Part shown: positions 38,593 to 50,245 of the stretch, piece by piece | How positions within the stretch are numbered: position 1 is the first letter of the stretch | How the letters are laid out: each line of letters opens with the position of its first letter | Assembly: GCA_965235115.1 (NCBI GenBank) | Contig: OZ249440.1 | Location: 32,986,001-33,050,000, forward strand | Length of the DNA stretch: 64,000 nt | Direction: 5' to 3' | Source: Laetmonice hystrix | Taxonomy: Eukaryota | The notes under the pieces: model-generated | The model's database searches: none | Told to the model about the DNA's origin: nothing | The model's input: the letters and a program-made list of their open reading frames with translations, nothing else | Program-made: the position numbers and the translations under genes

Positions 38593-41200
38593 TTATTATT
38601 ATTTTTTGCGTTGTAGTAGTAGTAGTAGTAGTTGTAGTTGTAAACAGTACCTCAGTATCTCAGTCATTATTCAAGATATCTCAATCAAACTTGGCAGAGA
38701 TCTTGACCATGACAAAGTCAGGTCACACAATCAGTCATGACGTCACGTGACGTCACGTCATGACGTCATGACGTCAAACGTGTTTGGGATATTGAGGGCC
38801 ATTTTCAAAGTTCATATTTGGAATTTCCAAGATCTATCACGGCGTTATGATCAGGCAAGGGTCTAGCCTAAAACTGACCCTTCATTTGACCTTTGACCTT
38901 TGACCTAAGGGAGAACTGGGTCCTAGGTCACAAATCGGTTAAATCGCTTCTTCTTCTTAATTTTTTGGTAAAATTTGATAATATTGGACAGGAACACTCT
39001 CTAACAAGGGTTTTAATAGAATCATCCAAAGATAAGCGATTTGACCTATATTCGATGAATCACGTGACCTTTAAGTTTTCAACAGTGGCCAGTTTAGCTA
39101 TCTATGGCTATAACTTCTAAACAGTGCCAGTTAGGGCCATAGTTACTATTGAACACGAATAGGAAGTCATATATGCTCTTTCATTTGGCACCATTATTTT
39201 TTAGGTCACGTGACCTATGACGTCATAACGATGTCATCAATATTTTCTCAGGGCTATAACTTGTAAATGGTTGAAGATAGAGCCATAGTTACTATTAAAC
39301 ACTAATAGGAAGTCATATATGCTCTTTCACTTGACACTAGTGTTTTTCAGGTCACGTGACCTATGACGTCATAATGATGTCAACCATGTTTTCTCAGGGC
39401 CATCACTTGTAAATGGTTGAAGTTAGAGTCATACTTAGTCTACTATTGAAGATGAATAGGAAGTCATATATGCTCTTTCATGTGGCACCATTATTATTTT
39501 AGGTCACGTGACCTATGACGTCATAACGATGTCATCAATATTTTCTCAGGGCTATAACTTGTAAATGGTTGAAGATAGAGCCATAGTTACTATTAAACAC
39601 TAATAGGAAGTCATATATGCTCTTTCACTTGACACTAGTGTTTTTCAGGTCACGTGACCTATGACGTCATAATGATGTCAACCATGTTTTCTCAGGGCCA
39701 TCACTTGTAAATGGTTGAAGTTAGAGTCATACTTAGTCTACTATTGAAGATGAATAGGAAGTCATATATGCTCTTTCATGTGGCACCATTATTATTTTAG
39801 GTCACGTGACCTATGACGTCATAACGATGTCATCAATATTTTCTCAGGGCTATAACTTGTAAATGGTTGAAGATAGAACCATAGTTACTATTAAACACTA
39901 ATAGGAAGTCATATATGCTCTTTCACTTGACACTAGTGTTTTTCAGGTCACGTGACCTATGACGTCATAATGATGTCAACCATGTTTTCTCAGGGCCATC
40001 ACTTGTAAACGGTTGAAGTTAGAGTCATACTTAGTCTACTATTGAAGATGAATAGGAAGTCATATATGCTCTTTCATGTGGCACCATTATTATTTTAGGT
40101 CACGTGACCTGTGATGGCATAAGAATGTCATCCATATTTTCTCAGGGCTATAACTTGTGAATGGTTGAAGATAGAGCCATAGTTAATATTAAACACTAAT
40201 AGGAAGTCATATATGTTCTTTCACTTGACACCATTATTTTTCAGGTCACGTGACCTATGACGTCATAATGATGTCATCCATATTTTCTCAGGGCTATCAC
40301 TTGTAAACAGTTGAAGTTAGCGTCATAGTTACTATTGAACACGAATAGGAAGTCATATATGCTCTTTCATTTGGCACCGTTATTTTTCAGGTCACGTGAC
40401 CTATGACGTCATAACGATGTCATCCATATTTTCTCAGGGCTATAACTTGTAAACGGTGCCAGATAGGGCTATAGTTACTATTGAACACGAATAGGAAGTC
40501 ATATATGCTCTTTCATTTGACACCATTGTTCTTTAGGTCACGTGTTCTATGACGTCATAATGTCATCAATATTTTCTCAGGACTATAACTTGTAAACGGT
40601 GCCAGATGGGGCCTTGGTTACTATTGAACACGAATAGGAAGTCATATATGCTGTTTCATTTGCCATCATTATTTTTTAGGTCACGTGACCTATGACGTCA
40701 TAACGATGTCATCCATATTTTCTCTGGGGTATAACTTGTAAATGGTTGAAGTTAGAGCCATAGTTACTATTAAACACTAATAGGAAGTCATATATGCTCT
40801 TTCATTTGTCATCATTATTTTTCAGGTCACGTGACCTATGACGTCATAACGATGTCATCCATATTTTCTCAGGGCTATAACTTGTAAATGGTTGAAGATA
40901 GAGCCATAGTTACTATTAAACACTAATAGGAAGTCATATATGCTCTTTCAATTGACTTCAAGATTAATAATGTAGCATCACGCATGACATCATAATGACG
41001 TCATCAATATTTTCTAAGGCCTATAACTCATAAACGGTGGGAGATAAAGCCATGGTTAGTAGGCCTACTGAGCAGGAATAGGAAGTCATTATAGTCTTTT
41101 AATTGACACCGAGCTCCACGAAGACGTCACTATAACTGCATGACGTCCCCCCCCCCCCCAGGGGATGGGATCCCTTGTGGCATCGCCACACGCTATCTAG
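38593..41200 (+). mobile_element. HINE unit 7 (headless, longest repeat array)
   Basis: Starts in (TAT)n; ends TGTGGCATCGCCACACGCTATCTAG. Confidence 0.8.
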
Positions 41201-42847
41201 TTATCCCATCCCCTATCCAGGGGATGGGATCTAGAAATTGTGTGGTTTCGTCTTCCCTATTATTATTATTTTTTGCGTAGTAGTAGTAGTAGTAGTCGTA
41301 AACAGTACCTCTATCTCAGTCATTTTTTAAGATATCTCAATCAAACTTGGCACACGTCTTGACCATGACAAAGGCAGGTCACACAATCAGTCATGATGTC
41401 ACGTGACATCACGTCATGACGTCATGCCGTCAAACGTGTTTGGGACATTGAGGGCCATTTTTAAAGTTCATATTTGGAATTTTCAAGATCTATCATGGCG
41501 TTGTGATCAGGCAAGGGTCTAGCTTAAAATTGACCCTTCATTTGACCTTTGACCTTTGACCTTAGGGAGAACTGGGCCCGACCTCACAAATTGGTTAAAT
41601 CGCTACTTCTTCTTCATTTATTGGTAAACTTTGACAATATTGGGCAGGAATACTCTCCAACAAGTGTTTTAATAGAAACATTCAAGGATAAGCGATTTGA
41701 CCTATATTGGCTGAATCACGTGACCTTGAAATTTTCAAAAGTGGCCAGTTTAGCTATCTATGGCTACAACTTCTAAACAGTGCCAGATAGGGCCATAGTT
41801 ACTATTGAACACGAATAGGAAGTCATATATGCTCTTTCATTTGGCACCATTATTTTTTAGGTCACGTGACCTATGATGTCATAACGATGTCATCAATATT
41901 TTCTCAGGGCTATAACTTGTAAATGGTTGAAGATAGAGCCATTGTTACTATTAAACACTAATAGGAAGTCATATATGTTCTTTCACTTGACACTATTATT
42001 TTTCAGGTCACGTGACCTATGACGTCATAATGATGTCAACCATGTTTTCTCAGGGCCATCACTTGTAAATGGTTGAAGTTAGAGTCATACTTACTATTAA
42101 AGATGAATAGGAAGTCATATATATGCTCTTTTATTTGGCACCATTATATTTCAGGTCACGTGACCTAGGCATGATAAGGATGTCATTCATAATAATTATT
42201 TTCTCAAGGATATAGCTTGTTAATGGTTGAAGTTAGAGCCATAATTGCTATTAAACACTATGTCAGTCAGGAAGTCATGTATGCTCTTTCATTTGGGACC
42301 ATTATTTTTTAGGTCACGTGACCTCTGACGTCATAACGATGTCATACATGTTTTATCAGGGATACAACTTGTAAATGGTTGAACATAGAACCACAGTTAC
42401 TATCAGAAACAAATAGGAAGCCACATATGCTCTTTCTTCTGGCACCGTTTTTAGGTCACGTGACCTGTGATGTCATAAGGATGGTATCCATATTTTCTCA
42501 GGGCTATAACTTGTAAATGGTTGAAGTTAGAGCCATAGTTACTATTAAACACTAATAGGAAGTCATATACGCTCTTTCATTTGGCACCACTATTTTTCAC
42601 GACACGTGACCTATCAGGTCATAACGATATCATCCATATTTTCTTAGGGCTATAACTTGTAAATGGTTGAAGTTAGAGCTATACCTACTATTAAACACTA
42701 ACACTAACAGGAAGCTATATATATGCTCTTGTATTCGACACCATCATTTTGAATAGCCCTAGATCTCTCTATGAACAAATCAGAACATGGTAGACGGGAC
42801 CCCCCAGGGGATGGGATCCATTGTGGTTATCACCGCAACGGGTCTAG
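41201..42847 (+). mobile_element. HINE unit 8 (complete)
   Basis: Head, core, repeats and 3' hairpin-CTAG present. Confidence 0.82.
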
Positions 42848-43933
42848 TTATTATTATTATTATTTTTTGCGTAGTAGTAGTAGTAGGAGTAAACAGTACC
42901 TCTATCTCAGTCATTTTTCAAGATATCTCGATCAAACTTGGCACACATCTTGACCATGATAAAGTCAGCTCAGATAATCATTCATGACGTCATATGACGT
43001 CACGTCATGACGTCATGAGGTCAAACGTATTTTGGACATTGGGGCCATTTTTAAAGTTCACATTGTGTATTTCAAAACCCTATCACGTCATTATAATCAG
43101 GCAAGGGTCTTGCCTAAACGTGACCCTTTATTTGGCCTTTGACCTTTGACCTTAGGGAGAATTGGGTCCTAAGTCACAAATCGGTTAAATCGCTTCTCCT
43201 TCTTCATTTTTTGGTCAAATTTGACAATATTGCACAGAAAGACTCTCTAACAAGAGCTTCACCAGAAATTTCCACGGATAAGCGATTTGACCTATTTTCG
43301 CTGAATCACGTGACCATAAAGTTTTGAACAGTTTAGGTATCTACGGCGATAACTCGTAAACGGTGCCATATAGGGTCATGGTTACTATTGAACACGAATA
43401 GGAAGTCATATATGCTCTTTCATTTGGCACCAATATTTTTCAGGTCACGTGACATATGACGTCATAACGATGTCATCAATATTTTCTCACGGCTATAACT
43501 TGTAAATGGTTGAAGTTAGAGCCATAGTTACTATTAAACACTAATAGGAAGTCATATATGCTCTTTCACTTGACACCATTATTTTTCAGGTCACGTGACC
43601 TATGACGTCATAATGATGTCAACCATACTTTCTCAGGGCTATCACTTGTAAATGGTTGGAGTTAGAGCCATAGTTACTATTAAACACTAATAGGAAGTCA
43701 TAATATGCTCTTTCATTTGATACCATCATTTTTCAGGTCACGTGACCTATGACGTCATCATGACATCATTGGAATCTTCTAAGGTGTATGAGCCGTGAGC
43801 CATGCAAGATACAGCCCCAGTTTCTATCTAATACGAATCGGAAGTCATACATGATAGTTAACTATACTATGAACATATCAGACGGGACACCCAGGGGATG
43901 GGATCCATTGTGGTATCACCACAACGTGTCTAG
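42848..43933 (+). mobile_element. HINE unit 9 (headless)
   Basis: Starts in (TAT)n; ends TTGTGGTATCACCACAACGTGTCTAG|TT. Confidence 0.8.
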
Positions 43934-44786
43934 TTTATTATATCTAGTGGTTCACAACATTTTACATATTGTAAAACATGCAAAAACTAAATATTGAAAA
44001 CTTTTTTACCCAAGGTACAATGCGGTGCATCAAACAGGTGTCAAATTGGACACCTGGCAGCTGCATGATATTTGACCTAATTCCGGCATTGTGTTTTTAG
44101 ACACTGACTTTTGTTTTTAGCGCCACGGGATTAATATCAAAGCTATTGAGCTGAAACTTTAACATACAAGAGATAATACCATGAAGTTATATTAAGAGAA
44201 ATGTTATTGAATTATAATGCAAAGTTATTGAAATATTAAAGTTTAAAGTTCGGGGCGTTATTTTTATCCACCCGATAGATCTATATGTGAGATCTTAGGG
44301 GTGAGATCTGCACTACCGGTAAATGTATATAGCAATGGAGCCAGAGCCAAGGATCATCCAGACATGAATGTATCGACGTCCAGAATAAAGTACCAACTGT
44401 GATTATTTTTATACACATGACATGAGGTTTCTATTGTCTCTCAATCCGGTCTTGTCCTAATCCTAGTAATCTTTAATTTAGTTCACCTATTCCTTATTTC
44501 TAGCTCTGTAAAGTAGCTATTCGTCCTTAGACGTTCTAGTCCACTTTGCAGGGTAAAACTGTCGTTTTTGGAGGTTCCCCATATGTAAAGCAGGGTGTTC
44601 ACCGAGAACCCTTACGTTCGATTTAGCCTTGTGGCCTATTATAATATCTATTAGCTACCTTAGTCCAGAGAAAGTGACTCCAGTAACATTAGGAGTACTT
44701 GCCAGTATTCTTTTCCCCCATCAAACCCCTGCAGACCCCCAGAAAAACGGTTACAGTAGTATGGGAAGTGCCAGCCCAAGGAAAAA

Positions 44787-45113
44787 GTGACTTTGGGGAA
44801 ATGTGACATGTCTCAGCTGAAAGTTGTCCTGACCAAACTGATTTTGACTCCAGTTCCTGAGGAAGTCAAAGACTTGTATATTTTTATCCTTCATCCGGAG
44901 ACGCTGGTTGGTCTTGCATTTGCACAGAGATGGGAGGAAGATGGCAGCACTAAATGGTATCATGGACTCATCCAGTCTTGTCAGACAACAGCCAGAGGCC
45001 TCTTTGACTTTAAAGTTCATTATGATGAAGCTGATGGTAGTTGTTGTCATATGGCCCCTGATGAAATATTGGTGGACATTCTGCATGGGGACCTCGAACT
45101 CTTTCATCAGTAG
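44787..45113 (+). pseudogene. Orphan C-terminal Tudor/Spin-Ssty-like domain, probably the tail of a transposon protein
   Basis: LVGLAFAQRWEEDGSTKWYHGLI...FKVHYDE...DILHGDLELF resembles the LVG..W....WY.G.V..F.I.YD..D...GDL pattern. Confidence 0.4.
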
Positions 45114-46017
45114 GGTATGTAGCCAAAATACTACATTTTCTGAATGGCATGGATGGGAACTGGCAAGACTCTTACATAAAACCGAACAATTGAATGTGTC
45201 AGTTGATACATATGCTGAGACTTGGTTCACAAGAGGATAGACCGTAACCCATGTTTTCAGAATGATCATGCCGTCAAAAGAATTGGGGAATGATGGATAT
45301 TAATGGATTGGTTACCATGGTAACACAACTGCAATAATAATCATTTGAGTTTTTCAGATGATGTATACCTTGAATCTTCATCTTATTCCATACCAAATTG
45401 TCATTTTTATCATTGATTTATGGTATGAAAGTTAGGTTGAAAAACAGACCAACTTGAATTTCCAGTTTTTGCTGGTTGCCATGGCAACCACTTATTTTAA
45501 AAACCTTGTGCTCATTGAATATTTGTGCCATCCCATGAAAGTTCTTAAATGTGTTTTATCTTTCAATTGGAGTAGAGAAACTTCTATGAAAACCAGCAAA
45601 AGTTAATTTTTTTCACATTATTAGCTGGTTTCCATGGCAACCACTAATTTACCAAATTCAAATGAAATTTAATGTTCTAGTTAGCACTTCAGGAATGTCA
45701 CAGCCTGTCCGTCACTTTTTAAATTCCTTCACAGGTTTAAAAGTATGAGTATTTTAGTGAGCATACAGTGGCAGTTTATATCGTAATATGTAATTAGCAT
45801 TGTGCACAGTTTTTTAACATGGTTTTCTATAGACAAAAGGGCCGCTAATTACCGGGATTAAAATCGCAATTTCTCAGGGACCAATATAGATAATTAAAAA
45901 ATTCAAAAAGTGTTTGACTCCATTTCCTAAGCGCTTTCTGATGGGCTCACCAGCTTCCATCTTGAACTGATTTGATTTTTTTTTAATATAGCTAGGTTTG
46001 CTGACGTCATCAAACTA

Positions 46018-46655
46018 CAGTCCTCCCTCGCTATAGCGCCAGCCTCGGGACATAGGCGCCGTTGGCCGTATAGCGAGGGTGGCGTTATAGCGAGGTATAT
46101 ACAGAGGCATGCAAACGAGTGCATGGACGCCAATCTTGAACCTTACGTACAACCAGCCAACCACCGTTCCCCGTATTTTTTAATGGGCATGGGCCTGGTC
46201 AATTTGGTCCAGCCTGAGGTACAACCCTGCGTACACCTTGTGCATTACAAAAGAAGGTTACTTCATCTCTGTAAGTCTAATAAAGGAAAATTGATCACAA
46301 AGTCCTTTGAAGTTTAGGTATTATTCGCTCCAACCATGCTCAGACATGATTGTGAACTGAACTGACCTCAAACGTGATGACACCCTGCTTCCCGCCCACA
46401 CTGCTGCTTCACTAAGTTCATTGGGTAACATGTAATGACCTAAAAATATGTACTGGCCGTACACGCTGGCGGTATAACGAGGGCAAATCTAATAGGTTTT
46501 AATATATTTGGACATGGAAGAGGCCTAGTGGATGGCGATAGCGAGGGTTGGCGGTACCTATGGGGAAAATACATTGAGATTTCTGTGCAAATACATTTTG
46601 GCGTTATATGCGAGGGTGGCGGTAAAACGGGGGGCGCTATAGCGAGGGAGGACTG
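46018..46655. mobile_element. Tc1/mariner-pogo type MITE
   Basis: Perfect 23-bp TIR CAGTCCTCCCTCGCTATAGCGCC; TA TSD. Confidence 0.88.
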
Positions 46656-46679
46656 TATTTTCAAAAAGGTAAACACAGA

Positions 46680-47135
46680 CATGTGTTCGGGGGAATAGGG
46701 GGTTCTCTACGTTTCAAAGGATCGCGGCGATCTGACGTCCCACCTCCGTCCCGACTCCTCCATACCTTCCGCGGATATTTCGTCGTAGCGTCTTTGACCA
46801 CGTTCATGGGGGCCAGGGGTTGGTTAAGGGTGGTACCGGGGTCAGCGAGGTCTGCCCGGGTTTTCTTGCGGGGTTATAGGGTGGATGTGGGAGGGATGGA
46901 ATTTTGGCCAATGTAAATCTATATATCTATAATGTATTATCAGTTTTCATTATATATCATTACTATGTTTTTTTATACAGTTATATATAATAGTATGTTA
47001 TTTATACTTGTTATATAATATATATCATTTATGTGTTATATATATTTATCCTTTACCATCTTATATGATGTAATGTTTTAAGTATGTGGGGTTGTATGTA
47101 GAGTCTCCCCGGTTGGGGAAGATCGACGGGTTACG
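46680..47135 (-). mobile_element. Possible LTR (47135-46912) plus truncated leader of an LTR retrotransposon
   Basis: On the minus strand, (C)GTAACCC...ATTTACA is followed directly by TTGGCC (PBS-like); AT-rich interior. Confidence 0.3.
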
Positions 47136-47905
47136 CAATAAAAATGTAACCTACAACAACACATACAGCCTCTGAGTTTTGACTACATAAATGTAGAATA
47201 CCAAACCATCCAATTTTTTGTCCGTTTTGCGCCTGTTTTATATTAAAAAGCCCGTCTTCGTTCACCTGCACTGTATTATCCCAAAGCAAATGGCCCAATG
47301 CCAGAAACTGAGTCACCTGTCCGATGACGTGTCAACATGTGCAGGCCTTGGCAACATGCCCAACATGGCGTCTAGATCTGCGGAGAAGACCGATAGTTTC
47401 TGATGAGATACATTACTATTAGTGGGGATGGGGAATCCAATGCAAGCCTAGGTTACTTTAGATCTAGGAAATGTTGTTGAGCCATAGGCCTAATCTATAT
47501 CGAGTTAAACCAGACTAAAGGTCTAGGACTCAGCAGAATCGGATCATGAGAACATTGAAGACGAAGCCCTCGAAGTTGAATGGCTTGATCTTGACTTGAT
47601 GATCATATTGATGAATATGTGCCTGAGCGTAACAAACTGTTTGTATCCCCTTTAGTTCATTAACACGTCTAGGTACTAAGGCAGTAGGTTGTTGTCTAGG
47701 CTATTTAGAGAGTGGCACCGTGGTAGCTAGATCTAATCTAGGCGGCAGGCGGCATGGTGTAAGACGTTAGCTGTTTAGGGCTCTCTCTTCTACCTCAAAC
47801 CATAATTTGGAAGAACTTTTGTGCGAATGATTTTTGGACTACTTGTTTTGTGAATAGTTCAGGCACATACTGGAAACTTCATATCAGGTCTGCATGATTA
47901 GAAAC

Positions 47906-49265
47906 ATGAGTTCTGAAGGAAGAATCACCAGGAAGAATGCCAAAAGTACAGGGAGTCCAGGTAAGCAGGAGAGCAAGGGACCTACACATACCACCGAGAA
48001 TAGGGTCACCAGTACACCAGGCCCCGGTTTTTAGTTTGCAAACTCAGTTCTTAAGACTGAACTCTTGTTTCAGAGCTTCTGATTGGTCCTTCAAATGAAG
48101 TCAGCCAATGAGAGCCCATAACACAAGTCAGTCTTAAAATTCCAGTCTTAAGATTGGTAAAATGACGAACTAAAAACCGGGCCCTGGACCTACACTTTCA
48201 GGTGAGGAATTCAATGCCTTTGTTGTTGCCAGCCTGAACAAGTTGAACTCCCTGCCCGATGAACTGAAACGCCTCAGTGACCGTATATCCAGCCTAGTAG
48301 TGGAAAACACGAGTCTAAGAGAATCTGATGACTTCTCGACTACCAAAATAAACGAGCTAGAAACAGCATTGGATAAACGCTCTGCAGATCTTGTAAATCT
48401 CAAAAGTGAAGAAATCAGAGAAGCAAGCACGGCAGATTTCGGCACTTGAGAACAAAAATCTTGATCTGGAGACCTACATGCGTCGTCAAAATGTGATCAT
48501 AGAAGGAAAGGTTGAAACGGAAAATGAGAACTGTATGAACATAGTTTTGGCCTGTCTGAGGGATGGTTAAGGGATCACTGTGAATCCGGAGGATATTGAC
48601 AAATACCACCGCTTTGTTAAGTCAATAGGAGGTTTGCCTCAGCCAATAATTGTCAGCGACCATGTCTTATACACCACAAGAAATCACGAAAATAAACCAC
48701 GTGTAATTTATATAAATGAAGACGTCCCAGCGGAAATCAAAGCGAGAAGAGCTGATGTCAGAGCGGTATCAAAGTTTGCCAAGGGTTCAGTTTCACTTTC
48801 AGTAAAACCAGACACAGCGGCTTTCTATAGTAAACACTCCTATCTCAGTAACTTTGCCAAATCCAACTTTGAATATGATGGAACTGTCTTCACTTCCATC
48901 GAACAGTGTTATCAAGTCCTATATGCTAAGGAGGCCGGCGCGATGACCTGATAGACAAAATGATGCATGAGCATGATGGTATTAAGCTGAAGAAGCTGGC
49001 GAATGGGGTACATCTACCTCCAAACTCTGAATGGTCTCTGAAAAGAGAAATGCTTATGTATGACATTGTCTTGGCAAAATTCTTGCAGAACACACACATG
49101 ATGGCTAAACTAAAGGCAACTGGGAACGCAAATCTTGTTGAGGCCACTCTTGACAATTTCTGGGGCGCATGTGCCAAACTGACATCCGTGGAAATTAGGT
49201 CTAATACATGGAAAGGTCTAAACAAAATGGGTGAAATTCTCATGAGGGTCAGGTCAAGTGCGTAA
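47906..49265 (+). pseudogene. Decayed LINE-type ORF1 (coiled coil, L1-like RRM/CTD) fused to a NADAR/YbiA domain
   Basis: LETYMRRQNVIIEG, DIDKYHR..PQPIIV, IYINEDVP.EI..RR (ORF1); FYSKHSYLSNF, FTSIEQCYQ, KFLQN, LKATG, LVEATLDNFWG, GLNKMGEILMRVR (NADAR); carries stops, a frameshift and a MITE insertion. Confidence 0.8.
48018..48186. mobile_element. MITE at a CWG site inside the ORF1-NADAR gene
   Basis: CAGGCCCCGGTTTTTAGTT / AACTAAAAACCGGGCCCTG; removing it restores the frame (TSTP-GPTL). Confidence 0.78.
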
Positions 49266-49606
49266 TTTGTGAGTCACCAATTGTATTTATACGTATCTGT
49301 AACAAAACTTATGTGAAAATTCTAATAACCAAGTGCACATTGTATTATTATAGGTAAGAAGTCAGCAGCAAGGAGACGTACCTGCTGAACCACAGTGTTC
49401 GGCAATATGTCTGGAACTTTGAACCTCACTTTCAATTTTGTTTATAGCTTTTCTTGGTTATATTTCATGTTTGTTAATTTTAAACTCTATTATAATAAGT
49501 GTTCCTTTTCCTTTTGTTTAACAACTTTTTATGCTTGTTATTTGTTGTATTTTTACTGGGATTACATTGTATTGAGCTTTACGGATTGATCCCTGATTCT
49601 GCAATG

Positions 49607-50245
49607 TAATGAACGGATCATACAGACTGGACTTTTTCCAAAGGTTCTCCTTTGTGACCAGGGTAGTAACAACCGTAGCATGATTGAGGCTCTGGGTGTC
49701 ATACCAACAAAGCCATTTTTTGAACATTGTGGCAACAAGATTTTTGTGATGTTTGATCCTCCCCACTTGATCAAAAATGTTCGAAATAATTTGAAAAAGA
49801 CAGGCTTTTCTTTAGATGGCCATGAAATCAAGTGGGAATATAGATCAATTCTATGTACTAGACTCCGAATGGCACCAAAACTTTCAGCCAAGCACATAAA
49901 CTTGCCACCTTTCTCGGCAATGCGGGTCAAACTTGCCACCCAGGTTCTCAGTCACTCTGTTGCCAAAAGCAATGTACACAGCACAATTCATTGAGAAAAT
50001 GGACTGTCTTTTCAATGTTTTTAATAGCTCTGACCTATCAGACGGTCATATGCTGCGCAGTGCAATCAAGCCAGACTCGGCTCACATGAATTTCCTAAGT
50101 GATTGTGCTGAATGGTTATCTAGGTTGAAGCCTATTGGCAGTGACAAATGTCTACCTTGTATTAAGGGTTGGTTGTTGGCCATTTCTTGTCTGATCCAGC
50201 TGTGGGAAGCTCTCAGAGCAGAGTATAGACTCCAGTTTCTTCTGA
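49607..50245 (+). pseudogene. P-element/THAP9-like transposase fragment
   Basis: LCDQGSNN, FDPPHLIKNVRNNL, APKLSAKHI, MRVKLATQVLSHSVA, DCLFNVFNS, GWLLAI, QFLLT; cut at 50246 by a LINE. Confidence 0.85.

Larger units (their letters stand above)
27739..43933 (+). mobile_element. Cluster of ~9 non-autonomous Helentron elements (HINE/DINE-1/pearl-like), head-to-tail and nested
   Basis: Each unit: TT-ATCCCATCCCC..GGGGATGGGAT head, (TAT)n and (GTA)n microsatellites, ~450-bp conserved core, 146-bp tandem repeats, then GGGGATGGGAT + hairpin + CTAG. Confidence 0.88.

Noticed and set aside
28019..43327. Recurrent short ORFs (MTFDLRENW..., poly-Val/Ser) as a peptide gene family
   Set aside because: Mostly non-ATG starts, variable stops and frameshifts among copies; they are by-products of the HINE core and (GTA)n
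28230..43760. Regularly spaced repeats as a CRISPR array
   Set aside because: Whole 146-bp monomers repeat with no unique spacers, there are no cas genes, and the context is eukaryotic TE
48800..49265. Bacterial contamination or recent HGT of ybiA
   Set aside because: Fused to a LINE ORF1-like region, interrupted by a eukaryotic MITE and embedded among animal TEs
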